A DNA stretch of 64,000 bases from Candidatus Muiribacterium halophilum (GTDB taxonomy: Bacteria > Muiribacteriota > Muiribacteriia > Muiribacteriales > Muiribacteriaceae). Below, piece after piece: positions 19,680-30,717 of the stretch. Position 1 is the first letter of the stretch, and the number at the start of each line of letters is the position of its first letter. Made by a program: the position numbers and the translations under genes. The stretch is taken from assembly GCA_002869225.1 (NCBI GenBank), contig PKTG01000025.1, forward strand, positions 3,885 to 67,884, in the 5' to 3' direction. Below the pieces are notes generated by a model. It had not been told where the DNA came from, did not search any database, and worked only from the letters and a program-made list of their open reading frames with translations.

Positions 19680-19880
19680 TCAGTCCAATCTATGTACTAA
19701 TATCTTCTTTACCTCATAAGCATCTCTACCCGGCAGATTCTCGGTCAACCCATTAATATAATCATCGAGATTTTCTTCACCTTTTTCACTGACCGATTTC
19801 ACTTCACCGATCAACTTCTCATAACCGCTCTCATCCAACTCAAAGATATCAATAATAAATTTTCTGTCTTTTTCTTTCAT
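19680..19880 (-). CDS. hypothetical small acidic protein (66 aa)
   Basis: ORF with a downstream terminator; no recognisable domain. Confidence 0.3.
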   Translation of the reverse strand: MKEKDRKFIIDIFELDESGYEKLIGEVKSVSEKGEENLDDYINGLTENLPGRDAYEVKKILVHRLD

Positions 19881-19895
19881 TTAAAAAACCCCTTT

Positions 19896-21359
19896 TTACA
19901 TTTTAATAACATCTTCTCGATTCGGACCGGTAGAGACAAACCCAATATTGATCCCAGCTATTTTTTCTATCTTTTGAAGCATCTCAATAGCTTTTTTAGG
20001 AAGCATATCTTTTTCCTGTAGACCTCTTGTACTGGTCATCCACCCGTCAAATTCTATAAACTCACCAGCCGAAAGGTTCTCAAGTATCTGTCTTTCAGCA
20101 GGAAACTCTTCTATTATATCACCTTTTCTTAATATTTGTCCATCATAGAAAATATCTTTTCCATTATAAACATAAGATTTCAATAATCTAATCTTTTTCA
20201 TACTGTCTAGTATATCGAATTTTGTGATTATGAAATCCGGGCCATTTATATCACGACAATACTTTAATATTGGAAGGTCCAGCCATCCGGTTCTCCTTGC
20301 TCTTCCTGTAGTCGTGCCAAACTCTCCCGCAAGATGCCTTATAGCTTTTCCAACATCTTCCTTGCTACTATTTTCATCTCTCATTATATCCATACAACTT
20401 TGGGGTCTCATCCGATCAAATCCACTTTCATTTTAAATAAGAGCAGGATCTCCAAGTTCGGATGGGAAAGGTCCATTACCTACTCTGGTGAGATAAATTC
20501 CGCTTACACTATATATTCTATCGGCCAGCACAGGTGGTATTCCAGTACCAGTAAAAAGTCCACCTGCACAAGAGTTTGAACTCGTAACAAAAGGATAAGT
20601 ACCGTGATCTATATCAAGTAAAAGTCCCTGTGCTCCTTCTATGAGTACTTTACTTTTGTTTATCAGAAATCTATCTATTACCTTTCTATGATTGACACAC
20701 ATACCTTTTATTATATCTCTGTAGTGACAAATTTTTTTAAAAAGGAGATCATTGGACATCTTTTTGTCTTTCATGACCTCTTCTATCTCAGGATATATTT
20801 CGGACATGATATTTAAAGCTTCATCGGTCTCATACATAAGTATATGATTTAACTCTTTTACATGTTGATCGATCTTTTCTTTGAGCAGACTATCATCAAA
20901 AAGTTCAAAAACTCTTATACCTGTCCTGTTTATCTTATCGCTATAACATGGTCCTATTCCTCTCGCGGTTGTACCTATCTTTTTAAATCCTGATATAACA
21001 TCGATAAGTCTATGATAAGGCATTACAAGGTGTGCTGATTGAGATATAAATAGATTTGAGGTATCAATAGAGTTTTCTTTTAAAGACCTTAGTTCTTTTG
21101 AAACAAGATTTTCAATATCAATAACCACACCATTCCCTATAAGATTTACGGTGTCTTCATATATTATACCTGAAGGTATAACATGAAGCTTAAGAGCTTT
21201 GCTGGAAGTCTTGACAGTATGTCCTGCATTATTCCCTCCCTGAGCTCTTATGACTATATTCGCTTCTTTAGCAAAGAAATCTGTGAACTTTCCTTTTCCT
21301 TCATCTCCCCAAGCTGCTCCACAGATCCCAATCACCTTGTCATTTCCAAAAATACTCAT
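19896..21359 (-). pseudogene. purA: adenylosuccinate synthetase with an in-frame TAA
   Basis: The N-terminal fragment carries GDEGKGK and QGGNNAGHT, and the C-terminal fragment carries EFGTTTGRARRTGWLD. Both are in one frame, separated by TAA at 20433-20435 inside a lineage-specific insertion. Confidence 0.8.
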
Positions 21360-22852
21360 ACCTGACCGCCTATATTATAATTTGGTGCTTCCTTTGTTAT
21401 CTTAACGTCATGAGGGTGCCCTTCTCTAAGGGAAGCCGGGCTTACTTTTATAAATGAAGCTTTAGTCTTCAACGTGTCTAGATCCTTACTTCCAGTATAT
21501 CCCAAAGAACTCCTGAGACCTCCACAAAACTGATGCATAACTTCATTAAGCGATCCCGAATACGGTACCATCCCTTCGATTCCTTCCGGAACAAGCTTTC
21601 GGGAAGATACATCCTCCTGAAAATATCTTTTTCTCGATCCTTCCCCCTCTTTCATGGCAGCTAAAGAGCCCATTCCTCTATAAAGGACATATCTCCTTCC
21701 GTTAAGAAGTATCTTTTCCCCAGGAGATTCATCCGTCCCGGCCAAAGTCGATCCCATCATCACACTTGAAGCACCGGCAGCAATCGCTTTAGCCACATCA
21801 CCTGAATATCTGATCCCTCCATCTGCTATTACAGGTATTCTATTATCTACTATCCTTGCACATTCATATATCGCAGTTATCTGTGGCACACCAACACCTG
21901 CAACGACTCTTGTTGTACAAATAGACCCTGGACCGATACCAACTTTAAGACCATCTGCTCCTGCTTCATACAGTTCAAGTGCAGCATCAGCCGTTGCAAT
22001 ATTTCCAGCTATTACCTGTAATCCACCATAACTTTCTTTTAAACTTTTTAAAGTCTCTATTACTCCTTTACTATGCCCGTGAGCTGTGTCCAGAACAACA
22101 ACATCCACTCCAGCTTCAACTAACTTTTCAACTCGTTCATAATCATAAGGAGAAATAGCAGCTCCACATCTCAGTTGATGTCTGTTATCCGTTGTCATAA
22201 CTGAAAATCCATGAGAAAGTATACCTTTAAGATCGCTAAGACAGAAAAGTCCGGTAATATGGTTTGAACTATCAACAATAGGAAGCTTGCTGACTTTTTT
22301 ATCTATCATTATCTGATAAGCTTTTTCAAAACCTGTATCAACATCACCTTTTACAATATCTTTTGTCATCACATCTTTAAGTAATAAAGATCTATCAGAT
22401 ACAAATTTCATATCATGTGAGGTAAATATTCCACATAGTTCACCAGATTCTCTTTCAACAATAGGAAAACTCGAAAAGTTAAACTCCTTCTCATCTTTTT
22501 CATTGATTAGTTGTTCGACTGTCTGATCGCTATAAAAAAAGACCGGCTTTTCAATAAAACCGTTTAAGAATTTTTTTACTCTTTTGACATAACTAACCTG
22601 TTGCTCTGTACTACAATTTTTATGAAGAATGCCAATCCCACCAGTTCTTGCCATCGCAACAGCCATCTTCCATTCTGTGACAGTATCCATAGCTGCAGAT
22701 ACAAACGGTATCTTGAGTGATATATTTCTTGTAAGCTTAGAACTTATGTCTGTATCATTGGGAAGTGTATCTGAACGTTTTACGACCAGCAGGACATCAT
22801 CAAAAGTAAGTCCTTCCTGATCAAATCTACTCATAAAATCCGAGATTGCCAT
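21356..22852 (-). CDS. guaB: IMP dehydrogenase
   Basis: 498 aa TIM barrel with a tandem CBS insert and catalytic loop [11 protein letters not shown]. Confidence 0.95.
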   Translation of the reverse strand: MAISDFMSRFDQEGLTFDDVLLVVKRSDTLPNDTDISSKLTRNISLKIPFVSAAMDTVTEWKMAVAMARTGGIGILHKNCSTEQQVSYVKRVKKFLNGFIEKPVFFYSDQTVEQLINEKDEKEFNFSSFPIVERESGELCGIFTSHDMKFVSDRSLLLKDVMTKDIVKGDVDTGFEKAYQIMIDKKVSKLPIVDSSNHITGLFCLSDLKGILSHGFSVMTTDNRHQLRCGAAISPYDYERVEKLVEAGVDVVVLDTAHGHSKGVIETLKSLKESYGGLQVIAGNIATADAALELYEAGADGLKVGIGPGSICTTRVVAGVGVPQITAIYECARIVDNRIPVIADGGIRYSGDVAKAIAAGASSVMMGSTLAGTDESPGEKILLNGRRYVLYRGMGSLAAMKEGEGSRKRYFQEDVSSRKLVPEGIEGMVPYSGSLNEVMHQFCGGLRSSLGYTGSKDLDTLKTKASFIKVSPASLREGHPHDVKITKEAPNYNIGGQV

Positions 22853-23017
22853 ATTTCACCTCACAATTTTTATTAGAGCCTATGACAACATGTTACAAAT
22901 CATGATAAAATTTAAACAGAGCACCGGTATTTTACCGGTCACCTCTTTTTAAGACACTTGTTTTACATTGCCGATAACAAACATAATAAAAAAATGATTC
23001 CAATGGAGCCTTAATTT

Positions 23018-26000
23018 ATGAAAAAATTATTTCTTATATTATTTCTTATTAATTTTTTGTTTATATACAGCGTTTTTGCGACAACAACAATCAAAGGATA
23101 TATTGTAGACTATGAAGATCAACCTATCTTTGATTTTCTGGAGGTAAGTCTTAATAATAAAAAGCTTGTAACAGGTGATTCCAAGTTTCGTTTTGAAGAT
23201 ATCAATGCTGGTGATTATATTTTAAAAGTCAACTCTCCAGAAAGTAAAAATCATAATCCGAAATATGCATCAAGCGAACAGCGTTTCTCGATAACCATTA
23301 AAGATTCAGAAGTCGAATTCTGGAATTACACACCAAGAATCGTACTTACTTCAGGAAAGACCTGGAACTTTAAAGGTATAGCAAAAAATAAAGCTGGTGA
23401 AGTATTACCGGATATAGATTTAAAATTATATAATCAAAAAAACAACAAACAGATAACCTCATTTTCCAATTTACCAACAGGTAATTTTTCGATAATAATC
23501 AACGACCCATTCTCAAACTCATATGACCCACAATATGATTTTACACTTTCAGATGATCATAGGAATCAGGTTGACCTTACAATAGGTACCTATAATGAAA
23601 ATATTGTTGTTTATGCATATAGTGTGTGGAAGAACTCTAATCTTATATATACAACTTATAATAAAAATATTGGTTCTGTAATAAATCTTAATTATCCTGG
23701 CTCACCTCTTGTATATACACTTGATAAAGAAAGGATCGCTCCATGGGTAATAAAATCATGGCCTGTTAATCAACAGACACTTTTTTCAATCAGAGATAGG
23801 ATCAAGATAATATTTTCCGAGGATATTTTGTTCGATACTCATATAAAGAACAAGATACTATTATACGACGAAGAAGATAAACAGTATATAGATATGTCTT
23901 TTACCTATGACAAAGATAACAGAACGGTAATAGCACACCCAAGAAAAATACTTGAAAAAGGTCAGAAATATATTCTTTTAGTCTCAAACGTAAGCGATCT
24001 TAACGGAAATCTTATGCAGGATGATTTTAAGATCGCTTTTTATACAGAAACTGCAGATTTTGAAGATTTTCATCATAGATATATGGTCGACTCGGTTCAA
24101 AATATGCAGATAGGTGGTTATGAGCCTCCGGTAAAAGGTGAAAGAAAGGTAGAGTTATCATCAAATCTTGAAGATCAAAAAAGTAATATAAAAGATAAAA
24201 AAGATGAGATAACAGTAAGAAATCCAGATATTACTTTACTCGCTCCACTTGATGAGAATTTTTATTCATCAGATTTTCAGATCAAATATAAAGTCAGCGA
24301 TATCGACAATTACGATGTCAGATTTACTCTTGATGAAAAGAAAATACCATTAAACTATGTTGTAAAAGATGAAGGAAAACATACATTAAAAGTTGAGCTG
24401 CTTGATAATAAAGATAAAGCTATAGATGTAGAGCTCGTAAGCTTCGTTCTTGATAAGACACTTCCGGTAATAAGTATGAACCCTGCTATTACGGAATTAT
24501 CCTATCATAAAGGTTATAAGGGAAATGTTAAGGTAGATGATACAAATATAAACAAGGTAGAGATCACTATAGATGGAGAACCTCACGATAATGTAATAGA
24601 GCTTAACAGAAATGGAGAATACCTGCTTTCTGTAAAAGCTACAGACTACGCCATGAACACAGCTACTTCCGAATACAAGATAATAATTGACAACTCAGCA
24701 CCGATGATAATAACTGATATCAAAGACAATTCAGTATACAAGATACCGTTTGATTCAAATATTAAAGTTGTTGATGAGAACCTTGATAATAAAAGTATAA
24801 AGATCAACAACTCTCCGATCGATTCTGAAAAGATCGAGATAAATAAAGAAGGACGATATAATATCACTGCTGAAGCTTTTGATAAAGCAGGTAATAAGAC
24901 AACTTTAAATTATAAATTCGAAGTATTTTCTGCATCAAATTTCGATGAGATAGAAAAAATAAACAGATTTAGAGAAGATTTTGCAGGTTTCTTTAAAAAA
25001 TTAAATGAAGTTGAAAATAAAAACGGCCCTTTTTATATGGAAAGACTTATTCTTGCACTTATCTCAAACAATCCAAAAGACGCTGTTGGTATTACAGAAT
25101 TTCCTGACATGCAAAAAGAACTTATTAAAGTCCCACTTTCTGAAAAAAACTTGACTCCTATTCAGACACAGCAGATCAAAAAGATAATAATGATCGAAAA
25201 ATATTGGACATTCCCAAAAATTGCTTCATATATAAAGACTCAAAAAGTCTCATTAGATAATATACTTAAACAATACTCATATCTACCGGAAAAGTTTGCG
25301 GAAATATATAATATTGTAAATATTTCTCAGGGAAATATAACTGATATTTATAACATGAACACACCTATCAATCTTGATTATTTTAAGATGTATTTCGAAG
25401 ATTTTGTTAACAATCTTGAAAGTCTTAGAAAAGCTGTAAACAAACAGACAGAAAATATCAATAGAATCGATTCGATGTTAGAAAATCTTTACTTTGCAAA
25501 AAAAATAGTCTTTTCAAACCCAAGTATTGATAAAAAAGCGTTAAGTGATAAAGAAGTAACTTCGAATATGTTTAAATATCTTTCACTTATACTTAATGGA
25601 ATAAATAAATCTGACTTAAATCCAATAGCTACAGATGTAAATAATCTCAAATATAAGCAATTAGTCCAGCAATTATCTGCAAATCTTAGAAGACATCCAC
25701 TGAAAAGTATCACAAAACAAAAACAGGTACTGGTATCTGAGAATTATTTTGGCATCTCAGTCACATTTCTTGCATCATCTAAACCATTTCAAATAGAGTT
25801 CTGGTTTGAATATAATAAACAGGATAAAAAGACCACTTTATCAAATATCACTAATATCAACAGAATAATCAAGGAATTACAGACATTACCTCCAAAATTA
25901 CCTGTGAATGAGAATGAAAAAGATAATAGTTCCGGTTCAGGAATATTGAAAGTTATAATAGTTTTATTTGTTATTGTAATAATAGTATTAATATCTTTAA

Positions 26001-27061
26001 CACTTATTAAAAATAAAAAACGTAAACAAGTAAAAATAAACTTCACTTCTGAAAAAACTGATATTGAAACTGAAGAAACAGATACTTTGGAAGAAGGGAA
26101 AGTAGCTCAAAAAGATCAACTCGAGGTAGAAGAAACTTCAGATGTTATTGATGATATATCAGAGACAAACGCGGAAGAAATAGAAGAACTGATCGAAGAA
26201 GAACAATCACATGAACAAGACGAAAAGATAGAAGAGGATTCTAAAGTAAAAGAAGTTAAACCTTCAATACTTCAAAAGATCAAAAACATTTTTAAAAAGG
26301 TAAAAGTCAAAAGTCTTAAAAAGACCAAAGAAAATATTGATGATATAACCGAGGATGAGATAGAACTAACAAGAGATATGCTTTACACAAATCCAATAGA
26401 AACTGTAAAAGAAAATAGAAAAGATGATATAAACTTACTTAAACGATTTATTCTGCGAATTGAGACTGGAGAGGGATCAGACGATGAACCTGAAATTAAA
26501 GTTTCTGAAGAAAATACAGCTGATGAAAAAATTGAAGTAAATATGGATTTTGATAATGAAGAAAAGGATTCAACATTAAATGTAGAACTTTACCCAAACA
26601 CTGATGATTTAAGTAATATAGAGAACAATAAAGAAGATGAACTTGACCTAAATACGATTCTTCAGAGCAGTCAGGATGAACTAACTGGAAATATCAATAA
26701 AGAAGATGAAAAGTTAAATAATATTGTCGAAGAACTTGAAAAAGAAAATATTCCCGAAGTAGGTAAGGAGCAGAACGAAGAAAACCCATTTGAAGATGCT
26801 ATTAATGAACTAAAGACACAAACTCCTCAGGAACTTATTGAAAAACAAAAGGAAGAGATAAAAAATGAAGAACTCGCAGCAGAACTTGGTGTGAAAGATC
26901 TTATTGAGGATGAGGACCTTGAAAAATATTTAAACCTTGAAATAATTAACGATGCTGAAGAAAACAAACAAGATGATGATAAAAAAGAGGATGATGATAG
27001 TGATGGTGAGTTAAAAGCATTAAACGATCTTTTGACTATTGATGATGAAAAAGATAAATAA
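23018..27061 (+). CDS. large (1347 aa) surface-anchored protein with Ig-like domains and a poly-acidic tail
   Basis: Signal peptide; two carboxypeptidase-regulatory-like (prealbumin-fold) domains; several Ig-like repeats; one TM helix (VIIVLFVIVIIVLISLTLI, about residues 985-1005); then roughly 340 aa of E/D/K-rich low-complexity sequence. Confidence 0.6.
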   Translation: MKKLFLILFLINFLFIYSVFATTTIKGYIVDYEDQPIFDFLEVSLNNKKLVTGDSKFRFEDINAGDYILKVNSPESKNHNPKYASSEQRFSITIKDSEVEFWNYTPRIVLTSGKTWNFKGIAKNKAGEVLPDIDLKLYNQKNNKQITSFSNLPTGNFSIIINDPFSNSYDPQYDFTLSDDHRNQVDLTIGTYNENIVVYAYSVWKNSNLIYTTYNKNIGSVINLNYPGSPLVYTLDKERIAPWVIKSWPVNQQTLFSIRDRIKIIFSEDILFDTHIKNKILLYDEEDKQYIDMSFTYDKDNRTVIAHPRKILEKGQKYILLVSNVSDLNGNLMQDDFKIAFYTETADFEDFHHRYMVDSVQNMQIGGYEPPVKGERKVELSSNLEDQKSNIKDKKDEITVRNPDITLLAPLDENFYSSDFQIKYKVSDIDNYDVRFTLDEKKIPLNYVVKDEGKHTLKVELLDNKDKAIDVELVSFVLDKTLPVISMNPAITELSYHKGYKGNVKVDDTNINKVEITIDGEPHDNVIELNRNGEYLLSVKATDYAMNTATSEYKIIIDNSAPMIITDIKDNSVYKIPFDSNIKVVDENLDNKSIKINNSPIDSEKIEINKEGRYNITAEAFDKAGNKTTLNYKFEVFSASNFDEIEKINRFREDFAGFFKKLNEVENKNGPFYMERLILALISNNPKDAVGITEFPDMQKELIKVPLSEKNLTPIQTQQIKKIIMIEKYWTFPKIASYIKTQKVSLDNILKQYSYLPEKFAEIYNIVNISQGNITDIYNMNTPINLDYFKMYFEDFVNNLESLRKAVNKQTENINRIDSMLENLYFAKKIVFSNPSIDKKALSDKEVTSNMFKYLSLILNGINKSDLNPIATDVNNLKYKQLVQQLSANLRRHPLKSITKQKQVLVSENYFGISVTFLASSKPFQIEFWFEYNKQDKKTTLSNITNINRIIKELQTLPPKLPVNENEKDNSSGSGILKVIIVLFVIVIIVLISLTLIKNKKRKQVKINFTSEKTDIETEETDTLEEGKVAQKDQLEVEETSDVIDDISETNAEEIEELIEEEQSHEQDEKIEEDSKVKEVKPSILQKIKNIFKKVKVKSLKKTKENIDDITEDEIELTRDMLYTNPIETVKENRKDDINLLKRFILRIETGEGSDDEPEIKVSEENTADEKIEVNMDFDNEEKDSTLNVELYPNTDDLSNIENNKEDELDLNTILQSSQDELTGNINKEDEKLNNIVEELEKENIPEVGKEQNEENPFEDAINELKTQTPQELIEKQKEEIKNEELAAELGVKDLIEDEDLEKYLNLEIINDAEENKQDDDKKEDDDSDGELKALNDLLTIDDEKDK

Positions 27062-27071
27062 TATTTAAACT

Positions 27072-27110
27072 AAAAAAAAGGACGAACTTTTGTTCGTCCT
27101 TTTTTATTTT
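27072..27110. terminator. bidirectional rho-independent terminator between the convergent surface-protein gene and eno
   Basis: A8 run, then stem ggacgaac / gttcgtcc with a tttt loop, then a T6 run. Confidence 0.6.
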
Positions 27111-27121
27111 AATACAATCAA

Positions 27122-28438
<1,317 letters not shown>

Positions 28439-28476
28439 TTACAACTCCTATAAATTAAAAACAAGTCATTCAGAAA

Positions 28477-28511
28477 TAAAAAAAAAGGATGGCTTAATAC
28501 CATCCTTTTTT
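28477..28511. terminator. bidirectional terminator hairpin between the OPT transporter gene and eno
   Basis: A10 run, then stem aaggatgg / ccatcctt with a 7-nt loop, then a T6 run. Confidence 0.55.
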
Positions 28512-28539
28512 AAAACTCTGTTCTTTTATTTTTTACCGT

Positions 28540-30435
28540 TTAATCCTTTACTTCTTCTTTTTTTATCTTCGAAATATAAAAAAGTAAAGCAGCAACTAAG
28601 ACAAAAGGTATCAAGGCAAATAGATCTGAACTTCCTATTGGACCATTTTCCCATGAAGTCATCTCAATTATAGTATTCCATTTAAAATAAACAAACACCG
28701 CTATTAGAACTCCCATAAGAGCTTCTCCAGCAATAAGACCTGAAGACATAAGTATACCTGTCTCATCCTCTTTTTTATTCAATTTATCAACTACCATCTT
28801 GATCACACCACCTATTATTATAGGAGTACTTAGTGAAAGTGGAAGATAAAGACCTACTGCAAAAGCAAGTGAGTTTATTCCAAAAAGTTCTATGACAAGC
28901 GCTGAGAATCCTCCAACAAATACAAGTCCCCATGGAAGAGAATTAGTCATAACACCCTTTATTACCATCGCCATTAGATTTGCCTGCGGAGCAGCCAGTT
29001 CTTTTGAACCAATACCATACGATTCATTTAAAAGATATAAAGTAAATCCAATTGCAAGTGCGGATGCGAGAACTCCTATAAGTTCACCTATCTGCTGTTT
29101 CCATGGAGTTGCACCTACAAGATAACCAGTCTTTAAGTCCTGTGATGTATCACCTGCAATACATATACCAATACATACAATTGCTCCTATAGTTATCGCC
29201 GCCATCATTCCTTCATGTCCTGAATAACCACTAAGATAAAGTATAAGCGATGCTACAAGAAGTGTTGCAATAGTCATTCCAGATGCTGGATTAGATGAAC
29301 TTCCCACAATCCCGACTATTCTTGAGGATACTGTTACAAAAAAGAAACTGAAGATCACTACAAGAATAGTCACTAGAACGGGAGCTTCAATACCATTATA
29401 CATAAACCATCCCATTGTCAATATCGCCAGACATATTATCATCAAAAGTACATATTTAATAGGTATATCATAATCAGTTCGTTTGAACACTATCTTTTTC
29501 TTTGAAGCAGAATGCAGAAGTTCTCCAAACCCTTCTTTGAAAGATTCGAAAATTGTAGGAATAGATTTTATAAGACTAACAAAACCACCTACCGCTACAG
29601 CACCTGCACCAATATATCTTATATAATTATCCCATATCTCCCATGCTCCCATATCGCCGATAAGCATTTCCTGTGAAGGATATATCGGAGAAGATAATGC
29701 GCTTCCAAATATAGAAATAAGAGGAATTATTACAAACCAACCTAGTAGTCCACCACCAAGCATGTATGCAGCTATTCTTGGACCGATTATATATCCTACA
29801 GCAAGAAGCGAAGGACTGGATTCAAGACCAAGAAGTCCATTTTTTATTCCTGGTATCACCTTTTCAGGAGCACCTTTCCATAATCTAAGACCAGACATAA
29901 GAAACTTATATAAAGCTCCTGTGATCCCACCTATAAAAACCGCCTTGGCTTTTGAACCACCTTCTTCACCAGCTGCAAGTACCTCTGCACAAGCAGTACC
30001 TTCCGGGTATGGAAGATTATCATGTTCTTTTACTATCAGATATCTTCTAAGTGGTATCATAAACACAATGCCCATCCATCCACCTAGGAGCGCCATCACA
30101 AAAATCTCGAAGAGTTTCGGGTCAACTCCCCAGATAAAAATAGCAGGTATTGTAAAGATCACGCCTGCTGCCAAAGATTCTCCAGCAGATCCAACAGTCT
30201 GCGACATATTGTTTTCCAGTATAGTTGCTTTCTTAAACAAATATCTCATTACAGCCATAGAAACAACTGCTGCTGGTATAGAAGCCGATACCGTCATACC
30301 GACTTTAAGACCAAGATACGCATTTGCCATACCAAATATAACTGCGAGTATCGCTCCAAGACCTACCGCCTTAAAACTAAACTCTGCAACATTTGCCTCA
30401 TCCGGCACCGCATGTCTAAATTCCTTCATAAACAA
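28540..30435 (-). CDS. OPT family oligopeptide transporter
   Basis: 631 aa polytopic membrane protein with an OPT-superfamily N-terminal region (AVPDEANVAEFSFKAVGLGAILAVIFGMANAYLGLKVGMT). Confidence 0.8.
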   Translation of the reverse strand: MFMKEFRHAVPDEANVAEFSFKAVGLGAILAVIFGMANAYLGLKVGMTVSASIPAAVVSMAVMRYLFKKATILENNMSQTVGSAGESLAAGVIFTIPAIFIWGVDPKLFEIFVMALLGGWMGIVFMIPLRRYLIVKEHDNLPYPEGTACAEVLAAGEEGGSKAKAVFIGGITGALYKFLMSGLRLWKGAPEKVIPGIKNGLLGLESSPSLLAVGYIIGPRIAAYMLGGGLLGWFVIIPLISIFGSALSSPIYPSQEMLIGDMGAWEIWDNYIRYIGAGAVAVGGFVSLIKSIPTIFESFKEGFGELLHSASKKKIVFKRTDYDIPIKYVLLMIICLAILTMGWFMYNGIEAPVLVTILVVIFSFFFVTVSSRIVGIVGSSSNPASGMTIATLLVASLILYLSGYSGHEGMMAAITIGAIVCIGICIAGDTSQDLKTGYLVGATPWKQQIGELIGVLASALAIGFTLYLLNESYGIGSKELAAPQANLMAMVIKGVMTNSLPWGLVFVGGFSALVIELFGINSLAFAVGLYLPLSLSTPIIIGGVIKMVVDKLNKKEDETGILMSSGLIAGEALMGVLIAVFVYFKWNTIIEMTSWENGPIGSSDLFALIPFVLVAALLFYISKIKKEEVKD

Positions 30436-30717
30436 CCTCCAGTGTTTTTATCTTTCAAATTTATTATTAAAAAAAAATATTTGCAAAATCCTTAATAATT
30501 ATAAATTTTCCCTAATTAATTTGAAAGATAATCTTTTTTTAATTTAATTTTGTTTTAAAATTTTTTATAAGCATTAACTTTTTTTTAACCCTATTTTCTT
30601 TATTTAAAGATTTTTTATAAAAATAAAATTTAACATAAATCTAATCTGTGGGTGGCTTGTAGGTAAGGTCTCTCAAACACAACAACGTCCCAACGCGATA
30701 AACGCCAGGAATGTAAG

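Noticed and set aside
22853-23017. A purine riboswitch upstream of guaB, or a regulatory hairpin (accggta ttt taccggt) in the guaB / surface-protein divergent promoter region.
   Set aside because: The minus-strand leader of guaB lacks the conserved purine-riboswitch core motifs. The short palindrome is centred on an ACCGGT site, which is too weak to call an operator or terminator.
29762-30547. A 261-aa + strand ORF antisense to the OPT transporter gene.
   Set aside because: It lies entirely within the strongly supported OPT-family coding sequence on the minus strand. Its Pro/Ser/Ala-rich translation is typical of an antisense frame from a membrane-protein gene.
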